From Betaproteobacteria bacterium (GTDB lineage Bacteria; Pseudomonadota; Gammaproteobacteria; Burkholderiales; SG8-39): DNA of 64,000 bases. Positions 57,294 through 64,000 of this stretch are shown piece by piece (the first letter of the stretch is position 1; each line of letters opens with the position of its first letter). The notes beneath the pieces were generated by a model that was given only the letters and a program-made list of their open reading frames with translations, did not search any database and had not been told where the DNA came from. Position numbers and translations under genes: made by a program. The DNA is taken from the NCBI GenBank assembly GCA_005881575.1, contig VBCA01000005.1, positions 12,322 through 76,321 of the forward strand, read 5' to 3'.

Positions 57294-58501
57294 CGCCGTC
57301 GCGGGGTCGGCCGCTTGCCGACGGCAACCTGGAGTTCCACATCCTTGTTGTCGCGACGCAGCCGTATCGAAGCGGGCTTTCCCGGGACTAGTGCCGCGAC
57401 CAGGTTAAGCATCGAGTTCGGATCCTTGACCGGTTTGCCTTCGATCGCAACCAGGACATCGCCGGGCTTCAGCCCTGCTCGTTCAGCGGGTCCACCCCGC
57501 AGCACGCCCTCGATCAGGACCCCGCTGGTGGCGCCCAGGCGGAAGGACTCGCCCATTTCCGGAGTGATCTCCCGCGCCTCGACACCGATCCAGCCGCGCG
57601 TGACGCCGCCGGTCTGGATGATCTGCTCCATGATTTGCTTAGCGCTCGAAGCGGGGATCGCAAAGCCGATGCCGAGCGATCCGCCCGAGCGCTGCGAGTA
57701 GATCGCTGTATTTATCCCCACGAGATTGCCCGCGGCGTCGACGAGCGCCCCGCCCGAATTGCCGGGATTGATTGCCGCGTCCGTCTGGATGAAGTTCTCG
57801 AAGGTATTGATTCCGAGCTGGCTGCGCCCGAGCGCGGACACGATTCCCATGGTCACGGTCTGGCCGAACCCATAGGGATTCCCGATCGCGAGTACCACGT
57901 CGCCGACTCGCATCGCGTCGGTGTCGCCGAAAGTGATCGCCGGAACCGACCCGCCTTCGACCTGCAGGACCGCGATATCGGTTTCCAGGTCGGAGCCGAC
58001 GGCCTTCGCCTTGAGTTTCCTGCCGTCGGCGAGCGCAACCTCGATCTCGTCTGCCGCCTCGACCACGTGGTGATTGGTGAGGATGTATCCCTTCGGGCTG
58101 ACGATCACGCCCGAGCCCAGGCTCGTCGCGCGCTGTGAATCTTCCTCAAGACGGTCCCCAAAAAATTGCTGGAAGAGAGGATCGTTGAGGAACGGATGGC
58201 GCGGCGTCTTGATTTCCTTGCTGGTGAAAATGTTCACGACTGAAGGGACGGCTTTTCTCACTGCGTCGCTGTAGGAGGCTGCGCGCGCGGGAAGGCTCGG
58301 TGATGGCGTGGCCTGACGCAACTCGACCACTTGGAGTCCAGAACCGGGACGACCGAGCCACTCCGGCTTGAGCGTGGTAACGACGAAAAGCACACTCACC
58401 GCAACGGTGGCCGTTTGGGCAAAGATGAGCCAGAGATTGCGCATGGATTGAGCGGACGGTGCTTCGGCGGAGATCTTGGACGCTCGTCCGCGGCGGCTCA
58501 C
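57290..58501 (-). CDS. Membrane-anchored trypsin-like serine protease with one PDZ domain (DegS/AlgW-like)
   Basis: It has an N-terminal TM, the catalytic region TNHHV...D.A.L...GNSGG.L, and a single C-terminal PDZ domain. The true start could be the internal ATG at 58444. Confidence 0.85.
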   Translation of the reverse strand: MSRRGRASKISAEAPSAQSMRNLWLIFAQTATVAVSVLFVVTTLKPEWLGRPGSGLQVVELRQATPSPSLPARAASYSDAVRKAVPSVVNIFTSKEIKTPRHPFLNDPLFQQFFGDRLEEDSQRATSLGSGVIVSPKGYILTNHHVVEAADEIEVALADGRKLKAKAVGSDLETDIAVLQVEGGSVPAITFGDTDAMRVGDVVLAIGNPYGFGQTVTMGIVSALGRSQLGINTFENFIQTDAAINPGNSGGALVDAAGNLVGINTAIYSQRSGGSLGIGFAIPASSAKQIMEQIIQTGGVTRGWIGVEAREITPEMGESFRLGATSGVLIEGVLRGGPAERAGLKPGDVLVAIEGKPVKDPNSMLNLVAALVPGKPASIRLRRDNKDVELQVAVGKRPTPRRR

Positions 58502-58620
58502 CTGCGCGGTATGCGAGGCGCAACCCGGACTCCCCTGTACCGCGATTATTGCGCAAAACGGCTAGGCAGCGGCAGGGATCATGAATTCTCCATTGAAATC
58601 AATTCGTTGGATCACAAAAT

Positions 58621-58649
58621 TTGGTCCTGCGCGAGGCTTTCTGTATAAT
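58621..58649 (+). promoter_or_regulatory. Candidate sigma-70 promoter of petABC
   Basis: The sequence TTGGTC-N17-TATAAT sits in an AT-richer stretch, 43 nt upstream of the petA ATG. Confidence 0.4.
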
Positions 58650-58691
58650 TTTGCTCTCTTCGACAATGCCTCCCCCAGTCAGGATTTCCCC

Positions 58692-59294
58692 ATGAGCGAT
58701 CAATCCAAGGTCAACGGCAGGCGTCGCACCTTGGTCATCGCGAGTGCCTGTGCTGGCGGAGTATCTGCGGTCGCCACGGCGGTTCCCTTCGCCGCATCGA
58801 TGTTGCCTTCGGAGCGCGCCGAAGCGCTCGGCGCACCCGTCGAGGCCGACATCGGCCAGCTCAATCCCGGGGAAAAAATGACCGTCGAGTGGCGCGGCCA
58901 GCCGGTCTGGATCCTTCATCGCACCCAGGAAATGCTCGAAGAGATCAAGCGGACCGACGGCAAAGTCGCCGACCCCAAGAGCGAGCGCAAAAAAGGCGAG
59001 CTGACGCCCGAATACGCCCGGAACGAATACCGCTCGATCAAGCCGGATTACCTCGTCGTAGTGGGAATTTGCTCGCACCTCGGCTGCTCTCCCCAGGATA
59101 AGTTCAAACCGGGTCCGGAGGCGTTCGAGAGCCAGTGGACCGGAGGGTTCTATTGTCCTTGCCACGGATCGCTGTTCGACCTCGCCGGCCGGGTCTATAA
59201 GAACAAGCCCGCCCCGGACAATCTCAAGGTCCCGCCCTACACCTATCTCTCGGACACCCGGATCCTGATCGGCGAGGACAAGAAGAGGGCATAG
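58692..59294 (+). CDS. petA: Ubiquinol-cytochrome c reductase iron-sulfur (Rieske) subunit
   Basis: It has a Tat-like RRR signal and the Rieske motifs CSHLGC and CPCHGS. Confidence 0.95.
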   Translation: MSDQSKVNGRRRTLVIASACAGGVSAVATAVPFAASMLPSERAEALGAPVEADIGQLNPGEKMTVEWRGQPVWILHRTQEMLEEIKRTDGKVADPKSERKKGELTPEYARNEYRSIKPDYLVVVGICSHLGCSPQDKFKPGPEAFESQWTGGFYCPCHGSLFDLAGRVYKNKPAPDNLKVPPYTYLSDTRILIGEDKKRA

Positions 59295-59298
59295 AGCG

Positions 59299-60699
59299 AT
59301 GGCTGCGGCAGAGAAGCAGGCGGTGACCGGCGCGGGACCCTTCAACGGCCTCCTCACTTGGATCGATCAGCGCTTTCCGCTGATGGAAACCTGGCGCTCG
59401 CACCTTTCCGAGTATTACGCGCCGAAGAATTTCAATTTCTGGTACTACTTCGGATCGCTCGCGCTCTTCGTGCTGGTGATCCAGATCGTCACCGGCATCT
59501 TCCTTACCATGAATTACAAGCCGGACGCCGCTCAAGCGTTCGCCTCGGTCGAATACATCATGCGCGAGGTGCCCTGGGGCTGGTGGATCCGCTACATGCA
59601 CTCGACCGGGGCCTCGTTCTTCTTCATCTGCGTGTATCTGCACATGTTCCGCGCGATGCTCTACGGCTCGTACCGCGGGCCGCGCGAGCTTCTTTGGATC
59701 TTCGGGATGTTGATTTTCCTGTGCCTGATGGCCGAGGCTTTCTTCGGCTACCTCCTTCCCTGGGGCCAGATGTCCTACTGGGGCGCGCAGGTGATCGTGA
59801 ATCTCTTCGACGCGATTCCCGTGATCGGACCGGATCTCGCGATCTGGATCCGGGGCGATTTCGTGGTGTCGGATGCGACGCTCAACCGCTTTTTCGCCTA
59901 CCACGTGATCGCGGTGCCGCTCGCGCTCCTCGCGCTCGTGGTCGCGCATCTGCTCGCGCTGCACGAGGTCGGTTCGAGCAACCCCGATGGCGTCGAGATC
60001 AAGAACGTAAAGGATCCCAAGACCGGCAGGCCGCTCGACGGTATTCCGTTTCACCCCTATTACACCGTGAAGGACACCTTCGGCGTGGTGGTCTTCCTCA
60101 TCGTTTTTTCGATGGTCGTTTTCTTCGCGCCGGATGCCGGCGGCTATTTTCTCGAGCACAACAATTTCATCCCGGCCGATCCGCTGAAGACCCCGGCGCA
60201 CATCGCGCCGGTGTGGTATTTCACGCCGTATTATTCGATCCTGCGCGCGACGACCGATGAGTTCGTATTGTGGGTACTGGCTCCGGGCGTGGTCGCATTC
60301 GCGCTTCTCCTCATTGGGAGCATGAAGAAGAGCGCGGCGAGGATAGCCGTCGGCGTGATTGCGATTGCGCTGCTCGCCGGGCTCCTGAGTCTGGACGCAA
60401 AAGTCTGGGGCGTGGTGTTGATGGGCACCTCGGTGATGATCTTCTTTTTCCTGCCCTGGCTCGACCGGAGCCCGGTCAGGTCGATCCGGTACAAGGGGCC
60501 GATCACCAAGACGGCGCTCACCCTCTTCGTGATCGCGTTCTTCGTGCTCGGCTACCTCGGCACCGAGTCCGTGAGCGAGGGGCGCACCCTCGCCGCGCAA
60601 GTCGGCACAGCCGTGTACTTCCTGTTCTTCTTCCTGATGCCGTGGTATTCGAAGATGGATAAATGCCTGCCCGAGCCGGAGAGGGTCACCTCGAGATGA
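59299..60699 (+). CDS. petB: Cytochrome b
   Basis: 466 aa, polytopic, with typical cytochrome b N- and C-domain sequence (NFWYYFGSLA..., PEWYF-like VWYFTPYY). Confidence 0.95.
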   Translation: MAAAEKQAVTGAGPFNGLLTWIDQRFPLMETWRSHLSEYYAPKNFNFWYYFGSLALFVLVIQIVTGIFLTMNYKPDAAQAFASVEYIMREVPWGWWIRYMHSTGASFFFICVYLHMFRAMLYGSYRGPRELLWIFGMLIFLCLMAEAFFGYLLPWGQMSYWGAQVIVNLFDAIPVIGPDLAIWIRGDFVVSDATLNRFFAYHVIAVPLALLALVVAHLLALHEVGSSNPDGVEIKNVKDPKTGRPLDGIPFHPYYTVKDTFGVVVFLIVFSMVVFFAPDAGGYFLEHNNFIPADPLKTPAHIAPVWYFTPYYSILRATTDEFVLWVLAPGVVAFALLLIGSMKKSAARIAVGVIAIALLAGLLSLDAKVWGVVLMGTSVMIFFFLPWLDRSPVRSIRYKGPITKTALTLFVIAFFVLGYLGTESVSEGRTLAAQVGTAVYFLFFFLMPWYSKMDKCLPEPERVTSR

Positions 60700-61499
60700 A
60701 AGCGCTCGCGGTGTTCCTCGCGCTCGCCGCGCAGCTTGCGTTCGCAGAGGAACCGGTGAGGCTGGATTCGGCGCCGATCGATCCGCGCGATGTCGCGAGC
60801 CTGCAATCGGGCGCCCGCAGTTTCGTCAACTACTGCTTGAACTGTCACTCGGCGGGCATGATGCGCTATCACAAGCTGCTCGATCTGGGCCTGACCGAGC
60901 AGCAGATCAAGGAGAACCTCCTCTTCACGACCGACAAAATCGGCGACCTGATGAACGTCGCCATGACGAGGAAGGACGCAAAGGAATGGCTCGGCACGGC
61001 GCCCCCGGACCTATCGGTGGTCGCCCGCGCCCGCGGCCCGGACTGGCTGTATACGTACATGCGCAGCTTCTACCGGGACCCCGAGTCGGCGACCGGTTGG
61101 AACAACATGGTGTTCGAGCGCGTTGCCATGCCGCACGTGCTGTGGACGCTGTCCGGGCAACAGGCGCAGGAGGAGCGGAAGTTCAAGAACATCGAGCAGG
61201 CGGAGGCGATCGGCAGGCAGCAGAAGAACGCCTGGAAAATCGATGTGCTGACTCCTGATCAGGCCGGCAAGGACGGGGAGCGCTTCATCCTCAAGACAAT
61301 CAGGACCGAAACGGCGGGGTCGCTGTCCCAGATCGACTACGACATCATGGTTCGCGATCTGGTCAACTTCATGACCTGGATGTCCGAGCCCAATCAGATC
61401 ACGCGCAAGCAGGTCGGGTATGTCGTGATGCTCGTGCTTTTGGTGCTGCTCGTGCTCACGTATCTCCTTTACAAGGAGTTCTGGAAAGACGTGCACTGA
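60696..61499 (+). CDS. petC: Cytochrome c1
   Basis: It has a signal peptide, the heme motif CLNCHS and a C-terminal TM anchor. Confidence 0.9.
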   Translation: MKALAVFLALAAQLAFAEEPVRLDSAPIDPRDVASLQSGARSFVNYCLNCHSAGMMRYHKLLDLGLTEQQIKENLLFTTDKIGDLMNVAMTRKDAKEWLGTAPPDLSVVARARGPDWLYTYMRSFYRDPESATGWNNMVFERVAMPHVLWTLSGQQAQEERKFKNIEQAEAIGRQQKNAWKIDVLTPDQAGKDGERFILKTIRTETAGSLSQIDYDIMVRDLVNFMTWMSEPNQITRKQVGYVVMLVLLVLLVLTYLLYKEFWKDVH

Positions 61500-61512
61500 G
61501 AGAAACCGCCCC

Positions 61513-61546
61513 AAAGGCGCGGCGCGCTCGGCGCCCGCGCCTTTTT
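61513..61546 (+). terminator. Rho-independent terminator of petABC
   Basis: The sequence AAAGGCGCGGCGC-gctcg-GCGCCCGCGCCTTTTT forms a long GC stem with one bulge, followed by a T5 tract. Confidence 0.7.
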
Positions 61547-61588
61547 CATCTGCACATCGATCCGAATTCCGCGACAAGGTAAGCAAAC

Positions 61589-62188
61589 ATGATGAATCTC
61601 TACTCCGGAACCACCTGCCCGTTTTCGCAGCGCTGCCGCATCGTGCTGTACGAAAAGGGCATGGACTTTCAAATCATCGACGTCGACATGTACAACAAGC
61701 CGGAAGACATTGCGGTGATGAACCCTTACAACCGCCTGCCGGTGCTGGTCGAGCGCGACCTGATCCTCTACGAAGCGAACATCATCAACGAGTACATCGA
61801 CGAACGCTTTCCCCACCCGCAGCTCATGCCGGCGGATCCGGTGATGCGCGCTCGTGCGCGGTTATTTCTGTTCCAGTTCGAAGTAGAGCTTTTTTCCCAC
61901 ATCGAGGCGCTCGAGAACGGCAACCAGAAGCAGCAGGACCGCGCTCGCCAGCACGTTGCCGACCAGCTGACGCAGATGGCACCGGTGTTCACCAAGCAAA
62001 AGTACATGCTGGGCGACGAGTTCTCGATGCTCGACGTGGCGATCAGTCCGCTCTTGTGGCGCCTCGACTACTACGGCGTGACCCTGCCCAAGCCGGCCGC
62101 CCCCCTCATGAAATACGCAGAGCGCCTCTTCTCCCGCCCCGCGTTCATCGAGGCATTGACGCCGTCGGAAAAGGTGATGCGCAAATGA
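61589..62188 (+). CDS. sspA: Stringent starvation protein A (GST-like)
   Basis: 199 aa. It begins MNLYSG..CP.S.R.R.VL.EKG and is followed by sspB. Confidence 0.9.
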   Translation: MMNLYSGTTCPFSQRCRIVLYEKGMDFQIIDVDMYNKPEDIAVMNPYNRLPVLVERDLILYEANIINEYIDERFPHPQLMPADPVMRARARLFLFQFEVELFSHIEALENGNQKQQDRARQHVADQLTQMAPVFTKQKYMLGDEFSMLDVAISPLLWRLDYYGVTLPKPAAPLMKYAERLFSRPAFIEALTPSEKVMRK

Positions 62189-62234
62189 GAGCACTCGCGC
62201 CAAATTTGCAAGTGAATTCCCGCTTATAGTCGCG

Positions 62235-62660
62235 GTGGCCTCGATGGCCGAGCCCAAGTCCACCAAGCCGTATTTGTTGCGCGCGGTGTACGAATGGTGC
62301 GTCGACAACGGCTACACGCCCCACATTTCAGTGGTGGTCGACTCCAGGACTCGCGTGCCGATGGAATACGTGCGCAACGGCGAGATCGTTGTCAACGTCG
62401 GCCCCGTCGCGACAAGCCGCCTGCAGATGGGAAACGAACTCATCGAATGCACCGCGCGTTTTGCCGGCGTCGCCAAAGACCTCGTCATTCCGGTCGCGAC
62501 CGTCGCGGCGATCTACGCGGGCGAGAACGGACGGGGCATGTCGTTCGAGCCTGGGAAGGAGGAAACGGCAGAGGAGGCGAGCGGCGAAGAAGTCGCGGCT
62601 CCGCCCGAGCCGAAGGACCCCCCGAAACCCGGGAAACCCGCGTTGAAGCGGATCAAGTAA
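62235..62660 (+). CDS. sspB: ClpXP adaptor SspB (stringent starvation protein B)
   Basis: It has the KPYLLRAVYEWCVDNGYTPH signature and an acidic/Pro-rich tail ending in a ClpX-binding-like LKRIK. The start is either the GTG at 62235 or the ATG at 62244. Confidence 0.9.
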   Translation: MASMAEPKSTKPYLLRAVYEWCVDNGYTPHISVVVDSRTRVPMEYVRNGEIVVNVGPVATSRLQMGNELIECTARFAGVAKDLVIPVATVAAIYAGENGRGMSFEPGKEETAEEASGEEVAAPPEPKDPPKPGKPALKRIK

Positions 62661-62728
62661 AGTTGAAGCGGACGCCGAGCGCCGCTTCAACTCCGCGCGT
62701 TGGAGCGGACGAGAGACGCGCCGCTCAA
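62661..62728 (+). repeat. Two related stem-loops (GTTGAAGCGG family) downstream of sspB
   Basis: Hairpin 1 is GTTGAAGCGG-acgccgagcg-CCGCTTCAAC (62661-62690). Hairpin 2 is GTTGGAGCGG-..-CCGCTCAAC (62698-62728). A third copy of GTTGAAGCGGA lies at 62641 inside the sspB 3' end. Confidence 0.7.
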
Positions 62729-62785
62729 CGCGCGGCGGCGCGCGGCGATATGCGGGCACTCCCCGGGTCGGGATCCCCGCAGACG

Positions 62786-62791
62786 TATAAT
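62786..62791 (+). promoter_or_regulatory. Candidate -10 box (TATAAT) for tRNA-Thr
   Basis: A perfect TATAAT lies 10 nt upstream of the mature tRNA 5' end. No convincing -35 box was seen. Confidence 0.35.
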
Positions 62792-62801
62792 GTGTCCCGA
62801 C

Positions 62802-62874
62802 GCCGGGTTAGCTCAGTTGGCAGAGCAGCTGATTTGTAATCAGTTGGTCGGGGGTTCGACTCCTCTACCCGGCA
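62802..62874 (+). tRNA. tRNA-Thr (anticodon TGT)
   Basis: The hand-folded cloverleaf has acceptor GCCGGGT/ACCCGGC, D arm GCTC..GAGC, anticodon stem GCTGA/TCAGT with loop TTTGTAA, and T loop TTCGACT. Confidence 0.85.
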
Positions 62875-62953
62875 CCGATCGAGCGTGTTCGTGTAATACA
62901 GTCGTACTAGAATAGTCCGGACAGAAATCCTGAATTTAGGATATCGAGGCAAG

Positions 62954-64000
62954 ATGCGTTTTCCACCAAGAATCGCAGTCTTGATTGCGTTGCTCGCCGG
63001 GGCGGCTGCCTGGGTTGCGATCGACCTTCGCGGCCCGGCCGCGCCGAATTCGGCAAAAGCTCCGGCATCGGGTGCCCCCCAAGACCCCGAGCACGTCGCC
63101 GCACCCGCATCGGAGACAAAGCAGCCCGGAATTCCTGCTCGTTCCGCTCTGGGCAGGATCGCCGCAGACCCGTTTTCCGCGCAAGCGTGGTTGCCGCGGC
63201 GCAAACCGGCCGTCGTTTCCGAACCGCCGGTTGCCGTCGTGCCGCCTCTGCCGTATCGTTTCGCCGGTCAATTTCATCGCGACTCGGGGATCGAAGTGTA
63301 TGTCGCGAGAGGCGAGGAAATTTTCCCGGTCAAGGAGGGTGACACTCTCGACGGCCAGTACAAGGTCGACTCGGTGAGCGCCACGGAGGTGAGCTTCGTT
63401 CACATTCCTTCCGGCACGCGTCAGACCCTGCAGTTCAGCGCGCTCAAGGAACAGGAGCTCACCGGCCAGGGCGGACCGCCGCAGGCGAAAACGCCGGCCT
63501 CCGCAACGGCTTTTCCGCCGCCTTCCGCGGTGGCAAAACTGATCCCGGCCCCCACTCAGGGAGCTTCCTCCTCCGACAACTCGATACCGGGCAAGACCGC
63601 CCCTGCGCAGCTCCGGTGGGAGGGCCCGGCGAGCGCGAGGGCGGGCGCGAGCTTCAACGTCTCTCTGCGCGTGACCTCGGGTGAGCAGATCCGCGCGGCG
63701 CCGATGCAGCTGCGTTTCGACCCGGCCGTCCTCGAATCCGTGTCGGTTCGGCCCGGTCGCTATTTCAGCGCAGAAAAGACGGGAAGCTTCGGCTACCGCG
63801 TGAACTCGGACGGCTCGATTTTCGTCGGCGTCTCGAATCAAACGCCGGCGTCCGCGTCCGACGCTGAAATGCTCGTGCTTACCTTCAAGTCCATCAGGGC
63901 GGCGGAGGCCGCGGAGATCAGCGTCGCCTCGCTCAACCTCCAGGGCGCGGCGGGCCGCACGATCGCCTATAACGGCCTCACGCCTTTCAGAACGACCATT
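62954..64000 (+). CDS. Exported protein with a PilP/GspC-HR-like middle segment and a cohesin-like C-terminal domain (3' end outside the window)
   Basis: I translated this by hand. The ATG at 62954 opens 349 codons with no stop to the window end. It has a signal/anchor (MRFPPRIAVLIALLAGAAAWVA), a Pro-rich linker, a YRFAGQF...GDTLDGQYKVDSVSATEVSF segment, and then FNVSLRV...PMQLRFDPAVLESVSV...MLVLTFK. It is absent from the ORF track. Confidence 0.6.
   Translation, partial: MRFPPRIAVLIALLAGAAAWVAIDLRGPAAPNSAKAPASGAPQDPEHVAAPASETKQPGIPARSALGRIAADPFSAQAWLPRRKPAVVSEPPVAVVPPLPYRFAGQFHRDSGIEVYVARGEEIFPVKEGDTLDGQYKVDSVSATEVSFVHIPSGTRQTLQFSALKEQELTGQGGPPQAKTPASATAFPPPSAVAKLIPAPTQGASSSDNSIPGKTAPAQLRWEGPASARAGASFNVSLRVTSGEQIRAAPMQLRFDPAVLESVSVRPGRYFSAEKTGSFGYRVNSDGSIFVGVSNQTPASASDAEMLVLTFKSIRAAEAAEISVASLNLQGAAGRTIAYNGLTPFRTTI

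Overview
GC-rich proteobacterial chromosome segment. The gene order looks betaproteobacterial; this is inferred from synteny, since no search was possible. About two thirds of the window is conserved housekeeping backbone. (1) 1-9.7 kb: rph, rdgB, hemW, trmB, thiGS, tRNA-Gly, asmA, mutY, ubiX. (2) 9.7-17.4 kb: the classic rapZ-hprK-ptsN-hpf-rpoN-lptBAC-kdsCD block, followed by a CPA2 K+/H+ antiporter. (3) 41.7-62.9 kb: mlaFEDACB, an ABC-2 exporter pair, ibaG, murA, hisGDCBHAFIE, HIT, tatABC, a DegS/AlgW-like protease, petABC, sspAB, tRNA-Thr. The most interesting part is a ~22 kb accessory block between these (19.5-41.6 kb). It holds a tightly packed MSHA-like type IV pilus assembly operon: an ExeA/MshM-type ATPase with a SPOR-like tail, a lipoprotein secretin, a GspB-like/TPR protein, GspE and GspF homologues, PilM/N/O-like proteins and two unusual pseudopilins. 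The block also has two tandem paralogous pilin genes behind a clear sigma-54 promoter with GTGTC upstream repeats, and a PglL-type pilin O-glycosylation ligase. It further has a PilS/PilR (PrsK/PrsR)-like sigma-54 two-component pair split across the locus, and an ABC transporter whose ATPase and permease sit at opposite ends. Other notable items: four arrays of a nested-hairpin REP/REPIN-like element in the first 3 kb bracketing a DUF559 endonuclease-like gene; several leader or attenuator candidates; and a 3'-truncated ORF (62954-64000, absent from the ORF track) with a cohesin-like domain. I saw no CRISPR array, rRNA, integrase or transposase. The many long ORFs antisense to real genes are GC-bias artefacts.
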